DNA of 64,000 nt, taken from contig OZ244052.1 in assembly GCA_965215125.1 (NCBI GenBank), positions 1,408,001 through 1,472,000 on the forward strand, given 5' to 3'. Each line of letters begins with the position of its first letter. Position 1 is the stretch's first letter. The DNA comes from an uncultured candidatus Porisulfidus sp. (GTDB taxonomy: Bacteria; Pseudomonadota; Gammaproteobacteria; Poriferisulfidales; Oxydemutatoraceae). The notes beneath the pieces were generated by a model. It had not been told where the DNA came from. It searched no databases and was given only the letters and a program-made list of their open reading frames with translations. The position numbers were made by a program, and so were the translations under genes. Positions 41,723 through 50,559 of the stretch are shown here, one piece after another.

Positions 41723-42655
41723 TCAAATCATGCGCAACGAGGCGTTATTAATGTTATATCCGTTTGCGAGGGTGGCAGCGGGCATGGGTTTACCGCCGGC
41801 TAATTGTACTTCTAAAAGTTCCAAGACACCCTCGCCGCATCCTGCAAAGACTTTGCGCTTAGTGGTTTTGAGTCGTGCGGTTTCCATATTATTTTCGCAG
41901 ACGCGTGCCGACCATATTCTCAATATCCGTTTGTCTAAATAGGTTTGTGCAATAGGCCACGGATTATAGGCGCGGATTTTGTATGCGATATGTTGTGCCG
42001 AGTTGTTCCAATCAATCCATGCTTCTTGTTTTTTAAGTTTGGGGGCATAGGTGATGCCTGTTTCGGGTTGCTTGCGTGCTTGTTTTATGCGAGTGTGTAT
42101 TTCGTCGTCGTTATGTTTTAGCAAGCTGCCGATTTCCCGAGCACTCAATGTAGCGAGTTTTCTCTCCAAGCTGTGGGTCGTATCGTCCTCGCTAATTGAA
42201 CATCGGTATTGGTTGATGACGGGACCTGCGTCAAGTTCGGTGACTGTGCGCATTAGGCTGATCCCGGTTTCGGTATCCCCGGCTTCAATTGCTCGGGCGA
42301 TGGGTGCGGCACCGCGCCAACGCGGTAGTAGCGAAGTATGAATGTTGACACACCCTATAGGCAGACTTGCAAGAACTTCATCGGGTAATAACATGCCGTA
42401 GCTCATTGTGATCATCAGGTCTGCTTGCAGGGCGGTGATGTTATTTATAGTCTGTGGTGTGTAGGTTTCGGGTTGCATTACCGGCAAGCCGTGTGTTAGG
42501 GCTTCCTGTTTGATGGGGCTTTGGCGTTGTTTCAAACCTCTGCCGGCGGGTCGATCCGGTTGGGTGAGAATTGCGGCGATGTCGTGTTTAGACGATACAA
42601 CGGCGTGTAATACCGGCAGTATAAACTCGGGTGTTCCGGCAAAGATAATTCTCAT
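41723..42655 (-). CDS. fmt: Methionyl-tRNA formyltransferase
   Basis: MRIIFAGTPEF, TQPDRPAGRG, NIHTSLLPRWRGAAPI. Confidence 0.96.
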   Translation of the reverse strand: MRIIFAGTPEFILPVLHAVVSSKHDIAAILTQPDRPAGRGLKQRQSPIKQEALTHGLPVMQPETYTPQTINNITALQADLMITMSYGMLLPDEVLASLPIGCVNIHTSLLPRWRGAAPIARAIEAGDTETGISLMRTVTELDAGPVINQYRCSISEDDTTHSLERKLATLSAREIGSLLKHNDDEIHTRIKQARKQPETGITYAPKLKKQEAWIDWNNSAQHIAYKIRAYNPWPIAQTYLDKRILRIWSARVCENNMETARLKTTKRKVFAGCGEGVLELLEVQLAGGKPMPAATLANGYNINNASLRMI

Positions 42656-42687
42656 CGGGTATGCTCGCTTGATGAAACACCTCAGCG

Positions 42688-43227
42688 TCAATCAAGCGCA
42701 TAAGGAATTTTGTCTCGTTTGGGTATTTGACCGGTGCGTTTGATTTCTCTGACTTTTTCCAAAACCAGTCTGCGTTTTTCGGCAGAGAGGTAATCGACGA
42801 AGAGTTTACCTTGCAGGTGATCCATTTCGTGTTGTATGCAGACGGAGAGCAAGCCTTCGGCTTCAATTCGTATCGGTTTTCCAAGCTCGTCTTGTGCTTC
42901 AACGACAATGCGTTCAAAGCGCTGTATATCGGCGAAAATGCCGGGTACCGAGAGACAACCTTCGTTCATTATTTCTTGTCCGTTTGCTTCGGTGATTTTT
43001 GGGTTGACTAAGCAAATCGGTTGGTCTTGATCTTGAGAAGTATCCGCAACCAGTATAGATTTTTGAATATCCACCTGTGTTGCCGACAAACCGACACCAT
43101 CGGCATCATACATCGTTTCCAGCATATCGTTTTTGATGCGTATGATTTCCTTGTCAAAGACCTCAACGGGTGCAGCCTTTTTACGAAGGCGCGGGTCGGG
43201 GTAAGTGATTATCGGTAGCTTGGCCAT
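42688..43227 (-). CDS. def: Peptide deformylase
   Basis: GVGLSATQ, EGCLS, QHEMDHL. Confidence 0.97.
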   Translation of the reverse strand: MAKLPIITYPDPRLRKKAAPVEVFDKEIIRIKNDMLETMYDADGVGLSATQVDIQKSILVADTSQDQDQPICLVNPKITEANGQEIMNEGCLSVPGIFADIQRFERIVVEAQDELGKPIRIEAEGLLSVCIQHEMDHLQGKLFVDYLSAEKRRLVLEKVREIKRTGQIPKRDKIPYALD

Positions 43228-43449
43228 AAAAGCGATTATACATTACTTGGGTGTCGTACAGATAGTGAGCGATGTTAATTGATGAGGAGGGGAATGTACC
43301 GGCACTGCACTTTTTGCAGAATACGCTGCGACCACCCCGTCAGGCTAACGCCTGCCCCCTACGAGGAGGAGAATTGTTCGCCTCTACACATGTCGGTTAC
43401 ATTGTGGTTCCATTTTTCAATAGTCCAAAATGAATCGGTACCGCAAAGC

Positions 43450-43504
43450 ACCGAAATATCTAGTGTCGGTACCTTCCGTCGGATATTAGCTACCGTTCGT
43501 CGGA
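43450..43504 (+). promoter_or_regulatory. Putative LytTR (AlgR-like) binding array upstream of the T4SS cluster
   Basis: ACCGAAATAT (43450), ACCTTCCGTC (43471), ACCGTTCGTC (43492) at 21-bp spacing. Confidence 0.55.
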
Positions 43505-43578
43505 ATGTCCGGAACTCGTTATACGGGTTGGGATACCCTGTTTGCATGAGTAATTTCAAACTGCACAGGAGTATAAAT

Positions 43579-44088
43579 ATGAGCGACTATATTAAATATG
43601 TATTGACCTTTATCGTGTTGGGTGCACATTCCGTTGCTGCGAATGTCAACACAAAAATCGATGTATCTTCGGATATTGCCGTCTGCATCGCAACCGCCGC
43701 ACACCAGTACGAATTAGACCCGTTGTTGCTGTTAGCCGTTAAATATGTAGAGACTGCCGATAGAACGGATACACCTATTCGCTACAACAAAAACGGTTCG
43801 TGGGACATTGGCTTGATGCAAATCAACTCGGTATGGAAGGACACACTCGATCGGCACGGTATCAGTTCTGCCGACTTGGAAATCCCTTGCAAAAATATCG
43901 CAGTGGGTGCGTGGATATTGGCCGACAAGATTAAGCAGAAAGGTATCTGGGAGGGCGTGGGTTCGTACCATTCAAACACGCCGCACTTGTCGCAAAGGTA
44001 TAGAGACAAAGTCAAGGCGGTTTGGGATGAGTTAAATAAGCTCAAGTGGTCTTTGGGCGAAGGGCTGGACAGCCGAAGCACGCAATGA
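43579..44088 (+). CDS. Lytic transglycosylase (VirB1/PilT-like)
   Basis: AGGAG RBS; VET catalytic Glu, DIGLMQINS, VGSYHS. Confidence 0.88.
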   Translation: MSDYIKYVLTFIVLGAHSVAANVNTKIDVSSDIAVCIATAAHQYELDPLLLLAVKYVETADRTDTPIRYNKNGSWDIGLMQINSVWKDTLDRHGISSADLEIPCKNIAVGAWILADKIKQKGIWEGVGSYHSNTPHLSQRYRDKVKAVWDELNKLKWSLGEGLDSRSTQ

Positions 44089-44098
44089 AGCAGACTCA

Positions 44099-44872
44099 TT
44101 GTATGCGAGTGGGATGGTGAAAATGGGTATAGGTATCATAGCACCTCGTGCAGAGTCTATATCAAAAGCTAAGATTGCTTTGGGTGGTGCCATCGTTATT
44201 TTCGTAGTTGCAACCGTTGCTATTTTTATCGGCTTTCAATCGGAGATACGACCGTCTACCGACGGCAACATCGAGATCGGGTTTGAGACTATGAACGAGA
44301 CACCTACGGTTTATCCGTACGACAACTTTGATAGCAGTGCCGGCATAGAGGCCGATAACACAGTTAGTGTTTCCGATTTCGGCAACCGTCTGGATGCTGC
44401 AGACGAGCGTTTGAGTTCGATCGAACAATCGGTATCGCAGATGCAGTCGGAGTTATCGCATGACAGAGAGATCGGCGCGGAAACATTGCAAGGTTTATAT
44501 TCGCAAGTGCAATCCTTAACAGGTCGGGTTGCGGCGTTGGCAAGTGCCGACGACACTTTAGATGCCTCCTTGAAGCAGATCAAAACCGTCATGCAAAAAA
44601 TGCAAGTAGATCAACATCAAGATTCGCGAAACGAATTGCCGGTTGCCGGGTTGAAGTTATTAAGTGTTTCTATTTGGGACGACGGTGCGGTGGCAATCGT
44701 ATCTTTGGGCAACAGAAAAACCGGTTTGTCGGTCGGTAATTTTTTCGCCGGTCTAAAAGTTGAAGACATATCGGTTGCCGAGCAATCGCTCACTTTATAC
44801 GAACCTGCCACCGATAGGCTCTACACGCTTTATGCAGACGCAATCGTTTATAAGGAGGTTCACACGCAATGA
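44099..44872 (+). CDS. ICE-type membrane-anchored coiled-coil protein
   Basis: N-terminal TM, coiled coil, beta-rich C-terminus; lies before the TIGR03759-like gene as in MPF-G clusters. Confidence 0.55.
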   Translation: MYASGMVKMGIGIIAPRAESISKAKIALGGAIVIFVVATVAIFIGFQSEIRPSTDGNIEIGFETMNETPTVYPYDNFDSSAGIEADNTVSVSDFGNRLDAADERLSSIEQSVSQMQSELSHDREIGAETLQGLYSQVQSLTGRVAALASADDTLDASLKQIKTVMQKMQVDQHQDSRNELPVAGLKLLSVSIWDDGAVAIVSLGNRKTGLSVGNFFAGLKVEDISVAEQSLTLYEPATDRLYTLYADAIVYKEVHTQ

Positions 44873-45255
44873 TAATAAAACAACGCGTCAAGCTATATTT
44901 AATCGCCGGGCTATCCGCAGCGGGTATGTTGCTCTTTATGTTCGGTGCATCTTACAGCACAGTCAATTTCCGCAGTCTGGAATTGAGTCCTTTGCAGAAA
45001 AATCAAATGCATCATCTAGGCTTGCAAGAATCCGAGATGCGCGAGTTTTTGCTCAAGCGAGAGATATACAAGGGTTATATAGACACCGATAGACTGTCGC
45101 CCCACGAAATATTGGGGATACTATCGGAGGACGAAGCCGAACGGCGGCAATACGCACGAGCGGCAGCGCGTATCCGTTCACAGCTGATAGACAACACCAG
45201 AAATTTTGAGACGCTTTATTTACAGGAAGTGTCTCGTTTATCAACCCCGGGCTAG
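44869..45255 (+). CDS. TIGR03759-like (PFL_4693) ICE protein, short form
   Basis: GL...E...F, LSPHEILGI....EAERRQYAR. Confidence 0.65.
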   Translation: MIIKQRVKLYLIAGLSAAGMLLFMFGASYSTVNFRSLELSPLQKNQMHHLGLQESEMREFLLKREIYKGYIDTDRLSPHEILGILSEDEAERRQYARAAARIRSQLIDNTRNFETLYLQEVSRLSTPG

Positions 45256-45281
45256 CCCGGCATAACTTAAAGGAGATTATT

Positions 45282-45872
45282 ATGTTTTCAAAATTAAATC
45301 TATACATCGTTGCTTTGTGTGCTTTTTTGATGACGGTACCGATAGGGGCGCAACCGGTACAGGATTCCACCGACTTGCCGAAGATGCAAGAGGGTGACTT
45401 CAAGGCGATCAAACCTACAGAATCTGTGTCTACCTTGACGAAGGCGAATATTAAGGAGATCTTCAAAGGGTTACAAGCCACAGTAGACAATAGTGGAGAT
45501 TACAGTGCCTATCACGAAGATTTGCAATATAAAGTGATAGAACATTCCGGTAATCTGGCAATCCAAAAATATACTCCGCGCGTGACATGTTCTAAATACC
45601 TGAACCCACAGGGCATGGCTATGTGTTCGGCAGATAACAAAGCATTAGCAGGAAAGACTTCTGTCGCGTGTGTTATTCCCAAAGGAACTAAATCGTGTAA
45701 GAGCTCTAAAGGAGGGTATTACGAACTAACTTTGAGCGGCTTAATAGTAGCGGAAAGCTATGTCCGATGTTCCTATGTTCCGATAAGTCCGGGTGCTCAA
45801 AGATTATATTGCGGTTATGAGCCATATCCGCAAAAGGTTTATATATGGAACGCACCGGTTGTAGCACGATGA
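45282..45872 (+). CDS. Secreted Cys-containing hypothetical protein
   Basis: AAGGAG RBS, signal peptide, six Cys in the mature part. Confidence 0.65.
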   Translation: MFSKLNLYIVALCAFLMTVPIGAQPVQDSTDLPKMQEGDFKAIKPTESVSTLTKANIKEIFKGLQATVDNSGDYSAYHEDLQYKVIEHSGNLAIQKYTPRVTCSKYLNPQGMAMCSADNKALAGKTSVACVIPKGTKSCKSSKGGYYELTLSGLIVAESYVRCSYVPISPGAQRLYCGYEPYPQKVYIWNAPVVAR

Positions 45873-45953
45873 GGCGGCATTGTGCTCCGTTATTTTATCG
45901 GCGGATGTTGACAGTGCGTTCCGGTTTGGGCTTTAGAGATAGGAATCGTTTTT

Positions 45954-46457
45954 ATGCGTTGCGCACCGTGGTTTCACCCAAGAGGCTTTGCAAAGAGAAT
46001 AGTGGCGGATATTCGCACGCACATCGTACTGCTAGCGATGCTACTAACACCAATAACGATCGCCGGTTGCCACGCGCATCACGGCATGTCCTTTGAACAG
46101 GATAGACCGATGAACACGAGTGTAGAGCAAGATTTTTTTCGGCAGCCGTTGGTGCCGCAACAAGCGGCGATGCAGTTGCAGTCCGATCGTGTTTTGCAAG
46201 CGGATCATACCGAAGAGGAAAGCTACTTAAAAAATATCGTGCAGCTGCTGGAGCAATCCAAAATGCTGGCGGCGAATGCCGAGCGGCAAGTACAACCGCA
46301 GCAACGCAAGCTATTCAATTACGGTGCTTTTGAGATAGACATAGATACCGTCATCTTCGCGATCAAACGCTATCTTGCGGCAGACGATTATACGCCGCGC
46401 GGCTTTCAGGCACTGCCGCCGGCTCGATTAAAGGCTCGCTACTCCGATGTTGAATAG
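45954..46457 (+). CDS. RAQPRD-family ICE protein
   Basis: E...L..IV.LL, FNY.....DI..V...I.RYL....PR; position at head of MPF-G core. Confidence 0.65.
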   Translation: MRCAPWFHPRGFAKRIVADIRTHIVLLAMLLTPITIAGCHAHHGMSFEQDRPMNTSVEQDFFRQPLVPQQAAMQLQSDRVLQADHTEEESYLKNIVQLLEQSKMLAANAERQVQPQQRKLFNYGAFEIDIDTVIFAIKRYLAADDYTPRGFQALPPARLKARYSDVE

Positions 46458-46704
46458 CAGTTATAACGGCGACGCTTTTTTATCCGCCAGCGGCATTTCC
46501 ATGGGTGACTTGGAGTTGTTGTTTTCTACGGTGTTGAGCATTTTAATTTTTATAGGGTTCGTTGCTAGGTTGATGAGGTTGCGTAGAGGGTTGCAAAACG
46601 GTGTGTTGTCCGAGGCGGGTTTTTTGTTCGGAGTGTTGCATGCATTGACTTTAATCATTTTGGTTATGGCTTTTATTCATTATTTGGTTTCAACCCGGCT
46701 ATAG
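46447..46704 (+). CDS. TIGR03758-like (DUF3262) small membrane protein
   Basis: AF..ASG, two TM helices, synteny. Confidence 0.65.
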   Translation: MLNSSYNGDAFLSASGISMGDLELLFSTVLSILIFIGFVARLMRLRRGLQNGVLSEAGFLFGVLHALTLIILVMAFIHYLVSTRL

Positions 46705-46711
46705 GTGTTTT

Positions 46712-47065
46712 ATGTCACGGATTAAATTATTACTTCAAACTACGCTCGGCATGATTGCGCTGTTGTCGCTGTGGTCGGCAGCGCAGGCACAACTGCCGAC
46801 CCCGCCGAGTTTCGGCGGCGGTAGTAGCGGTGATTTTTGGGAGTATTTCAGGAATGCGCTGATAGCGATTTTCACGGTGGCTGCGGTGGCTATGCTGATT
46901 ATTGCGGTACTGGGTGCGAGCGGCGGATTATTGAATGCGCTGAAGAAGGGGCGTGAGCAGGGCGAGTGGGGGCATTTCGCAGTTACGGTTATTGCGACGA
47001 TTTTGGTTTTGGTGCTGATTATCTTCGGCACAGTCCAGATTATTCAGTATGTAAACGAGATATAA
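46712..47065 (+). CDS. TIGR03745-like (DUF2976) putative pilin
   Basis: Signal, AQAQLPTPP, two TMs separated by G.WG.F. Confidence 0.72.
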   Translation: MSRIKLLLQTTLGMIALLSLWSAAQAQLPTPPSFGGGSSGDFWEYFRNALIAIFTVAAVAMLIIAVLGASGGLLNALKKGREQGEWGHFAVTVIATILVLVLIIFGTVQIIQYVNEI

Positions 47066-47068
47066 AGC

Positions 47069-47422
47069 GTGGATATTAGCGTGGAGATTGATATGAAGCC
47101 TGCCGATTTCTTAGACGACGAACCGTTGATGTTAAAAGGTTGCACAGGTTCGGAACTGAGCTTTGTGATTGTAGTTGCCGTCATCGTATGGCTGTTGCTA
47201 TCGGCTCTGCTGAGCTTTGTATTTTGGAATATATTTGTAGGGCTTATTGTGTTTATGGTGATGACACCTTTCACGGTGTGGTTGGTTGCCGTTTGGTATA
47301 GCCGTCTCAAGCGTAGCCGTCCTAGACATTGGCATTTACAATACTTGGCGGATCGCTTTTATTGGACCGGCTATTTTCACCAATGCCGACATGTCGGCAA
47401 TTTCAAAGCCACCGGATCTTAG
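47069..47422 (+). CDS. TIGR03750-like (DUF3487) conjugative-region membrane protein
   Basis: L..EP...KGCT.SEL, two TMs, RLKRSRP. Confidence 0.78.
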   Translation: MDISVEIDMKPADFLDDEPLMLKGCTGSELSFVIVVAVIVWLLLSALLSFVFWNIFVGLIVFMVMTPFTVWLVAVWYSRLKRSRPRHWHLQYLADRFYWTGYFHQCRHVGNFKATGS

Positions 47423-47426
47423 GCAA

Positions 47427-48080
47427 ATGAATCGTTACCACTCGGCAGAAGCCAATTTGGTTGCACACATTAAGACCTTGAGGCTGATCGGTGCGGGTTT
47501 GTTCGCCGTATGTCTGCTACTACTCGCTGCGGTGTTTTGGGTTGCAAGAGAGCATCGTTTATCGTTGCCTCCCGAGTTGCGTTTCGGTTCCAAGCTCACC
47601 ACCGGCACGATAGAACCGCACGAGATTTATTTGTTCGCCGGTTCGGTTTATCAACAAATTTATTTGTGGTTGGAAGACGGCAGCAAAGATTTCACCGGCA
47701 ACATACAAAGGCTTCGTTATTTGATAACCGATGATTTCCATCGTTTCTTAATGCAGAAAAACAACGATTTGGCTAAGCGCGGAGAGCTCAAGGGGCGTAG
47801 ACGCAGTTTGCAACCGGCAAACATCTACCAGCACAGCTTGGTTCGCCGGACCGCCGGGAACGCATGGCTCGTGCAGTTGGATTTGATATTGAACGAGAGC
47901 TTGAACGGCATCAAAATCAAAGACGGCATCACCATTCGCGAACATATTCCGGTAGTCTACAAAGATATCAACTCGGCGTATAACCCATGGGGTTTGTTGC
48001 TAGATGCGCCGGCAAAGCCGTTGATTCGTATTCCTGCCGGCGATGTTGAACAAATACAACAGGTTAAAGGAAGTAAGTAA
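47427..48080 (+). CDS. TIGR03746-like (DUF2895, PFL_4703) protein
   Basis: AHI.TLR, PPELR.GS, FA..V.QQI..W..DG..D, GEL..R.R, NPWGL.LD. Confidence 0.82.
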   Translation: MNRYHSAEANLVAHIKTLRLIGAGLFAVCLLLLAAVFWVAREHRLSLPPELRFGSKLTTGTIEPHEIYLFAGSVYQQIYLWLEDGSKDFTGNIQRLRYLITDDFHRFLMQKNNDLAKRGELKGRRRSLQPANIYQHSLVRRTAGNAWLVQLDLILNESLNGIKIKDGITIREHIPVVYKDINSAYNPWGLLLDAPAKPLIRIPAGDVEQIQQVKGSK

Positions 48081-48931
48081 TGATGCGCGAAAATTTCTTT
48101 ATCTTTCTGCTGTTGTTGGCAAACAATTATCTGCACGCCGGTGAGACACTACAAATTGTTTATAAAGACGAGCCTATTCAAGTGCAGCTACGGGTCGGAA
48201 GCGAGCGACGTTTTATGCTGAAATCGGCAGCATCGGTCAAGGTCGGCATACCCAGATCGTTGCGTAATAAATTATCGGTAACCACGATAGGCTCACAGGT
48301 TTGGTTGCTTGCCGAGCAAAGTTTTGAAGACCAAAAAATCATTTTCAAAACATCCGACACCGAGATGCCCGACACCAAGATAGTGCTGATACTCGGTGCC
48401 GGCTATGACGATCCACCGGGAGAACCTATTTTGTTAAGTACCGATACCGGCACCGCGACATCTCAAGTCGAGGTTGCCGATTCAAACTGCGATATCGGTA
48501 TGGTCGAACTCGCTCGCTATGCGTTGCAATGGGCTTATGCGCCGCGCCGGTTATTAACCGGCAACCCGTGCATTACCGCAACCGATTACCCCAAAGATCT
48601 CCTAGATATTATGCGCTGCTTGAGGGTCAACGAACCTATTTGCGGCGGCGGGGTAATTGCCAAACCTGTTGCGGCGTGGCGGACTACCCAACTTTATGCG
48701 ACTTTGCTGGAACTTAAAAACACCTTGCAGACCACCGTTGCCTTAGACCCTCGCACAATCGTCGGAAACTTCAAAGCGGCAGCACTCGCACATTCTAAAC
48801 TGGAACCTGCGAATACCGAGAAGTCGGTGACTGCGTTGGTCGTTATCGGCAATAAACCGTTGCGCCGTTCCATTCCCGAATCGCGCTGGTTGGATAGAAC
48901 ACCGACCGATGCGCGCACACCTAAACTTTAA
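48080..48931 (+). CDS. TIGR03749-like (DUF3438, PFL_4704) protein
   Basis: PI.V.L.VG.ER, L.RYA.Q..YAP.RL, P.AAWR, LDPR...G. Confidence 0.82.
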   Translation: MMRENFFIFLLLLANNYLHAGETLQIVYKDEPIQVQLRVGSERRFMLKSAASVKVGIPRSLRNKLSVTTIGSQVWLLAEQSFEDQKIIFKTSDTEMPDTKIVLILGAGYDDPPGEPILLSTDTGTATSQVEVADSNCDIGMVELARYALQWAYAPRRLLTGNPCITATDYPKDLLDIMRCLRVNEPICGGGVIAKPVAAWRTTQLYATLLELKNTLQTTVALDPRTIVGNFKAAALAHSKLEPANTEKSVTALVVIGNKPLRRSIPESRWLDRTPTDARTPKL

Positions 48932-48938
48932 GGATACG

Positions 48939-50255
48939 ATGAAGACCAACCCCTTAGTTTATATTCTGATTGCGGTCATCGGCATTGTCGCACTGCTGAT
49001 GTCGCTGGCAAACGTTCAAGACGATGATTTTTCGGACTCGCAAACTACTTCGTCCGAACCGTCGCAATCGCCCGGTTATCCGGCGGAAGATAGCGACAGC
49101 CCTTCGGAAGCCGTTAAGGCAGTAGGTTCTCAGATCAATGCACTGCGAAAAGACCAATCGGCTTTTAAGGAGCAAATCAATCAAACAGTGAGTCGAATTC
49201 ATAACGAGTTGCAAACACTGCACGGCGAGATTAGAAAACTCGCAAATCGGCAGAACAGCACTGCCCGTCAAATCAATGTGCAGCAAACGAATATACCCGA
49301 GCGTGTCGGCAACCGGCAACCCGATATATCGAAACCGGGGGATGAGCCGATTGCACCGTACCACGAGAAGGTACCCGATTATTCGCCGTCGGGTGTTTCA
49401 ACGCAGCCTGCTTGGTTATGGATAGAGGATCAAAGTGTCATAACACCCGATGACGATGGATCGGAACATCTTGCCGGTGGTGTGTCCGAGTATTTGGATA
49501 TAGATGCGATATCGGCAATCGCGGCATCCGACGACGAGGTGGTGGCACACACCATTCCGCCTGCCACCGTCATACAAGGTGTCACATTGACCGCAGCGAT
49601 AGGACGTTTGCCGGTGCGCGGACAGTTGAACGAACCCTGGCCGATTAAAGTTATCAGCACGATGGAAGGTTATGCACCCAACGGTTATGCCGTTGATGCC
49701 GCACGGATGATTTGGGACGGCAGGGCATTCGGCGACGCTAATTTTGAATGTGTGCGAGTTGTTTTGACGCGGGTCACGGCAGTTTTGCCGGGCAAAGTAG
49801 TCAGTTTTGTGGAAGCCTCCGATAGCGAAAAAGGCTTGGGGTATTTGAGCGACGCTTACGGTCATCCTTGTCTTAAAGGCAAGCTGGTTAGCAACGCTGC
49901 TAAGCAAATGACCGCCGAGGCGATTTTGGGTATTGCACAAGGCATAGGCGAAGGTTATGCCGACACCCAGCGTACTCGTACGGTCAGCCCCGAAGGCAAC
50001 ACCATAGAGCGTGTTACCGGTGAAGAAGTGCGAGTGCTCATCGGTCAAGGCTTTGCCAGATCGGTCGGCAATGTCAGGAATTATTTGGCATCCAGATACG
50101 ATGTATGGGATGCGATTTATGTGCCTCCCGAGCGGGAAGTAGTAATCAATGTAGACCAACCGTTGGAGTTTATTTATGACAGTAATAAAAAGCTATACGA
50201 TGTTTCAGCCTTTGCTTTTAAGGTCGGTGATGATACTGGCACTCGTCTTGATTGA
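48939..50255 (+). CDS. TIGR03752-like (PFL_4705; VirB10-like) protein
   Basis: N-terminal TM, coiled coil, TIP, TA.IGR.P..G, G.A.GD....CV, GYLSD..G.PC..G, DAIYVPP. Confidence 0.8.
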   Translation: MKTNPLVYILIAVIGIVALLMSLANVQDDDFSDSQTTSSEPSQSPGYPAEDSDSPSEAVKAVGSQINALRKDQSAFKEQINQTVSRIHNELQTLHGEIRKLANRQNSTARQINVQQTNIPERVGNRQPDISKPGDEPIAPYHEKVPDYSPSGVSTQPAWLWIEDQSVITPDDDGSEHLAGGVSEYLDIDAISAIAASDDEVVAHTIPPATVIQGVTLTAAIGRLPVRGQLNEPWPIKVISTMEGYAPNGYAVDAARMIWDGRAFGDANFECVRVVLTRVTAVLPGKVVSFVEASDSEKGLGYLSDAYGHPCLKGKLVSNAAKQMTAEAILGIAQGIGEGYADTQRTRTVSPEGNTIERVTGEEVRVLIGQGFARSVGNVRNYLASRYDVWDAIYVPPEREVVINVDQPLEFIYDSNKKLYDVSAFAFKVGDDTGTRLD

Positions 50256-50559
50256 GGGGTGCGGTTCCAAATTGCCGGGTCACGATGGCAACCGCCGCCC
50301 GATGTTGGAATTATATAGGGCGCATAGTGCGAGTGCGAACGGCATTGACGGGAAATTGCGCCACGGTTCTGCCGATTTAACCGCTTATACCAGAGATGCA
50401 AACAACGAATTGGAAGTGCTTTTTCCGTTGTTGCCCAACCCCAAGATCGTTTTATTCGTATTCCCGCATATCGTTAAAGGTGCGCCGGTGCCGGGTTATG
50501 CAACCGGTTTCAGCTTGTACGAGAAAGATCATTACGCACTGCCTGCAGAGCATTTCTGA
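50176..50559 (+). CDS. TIGR03751-like conjugative-region lipoprotein (start probably 50200 or 50230)
   Basis: Lipobox-like EGC, YTR.A.NE....FP.LPNP....FVFPH, PVPGY.T.F..YE..HYALP.E. Confidence 0.85.
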   Translation: MTVIKSYTMFQPLLLRSVMILALVLIEGCGSKLPGHDGNRRPMLELYRAHSASANGIDGKLRHGSADLTAYTRDANNELEVLFPLLPNPKIVLFVFPHIVKGAPVPGYATGFSLYEKDHYALPAEHF

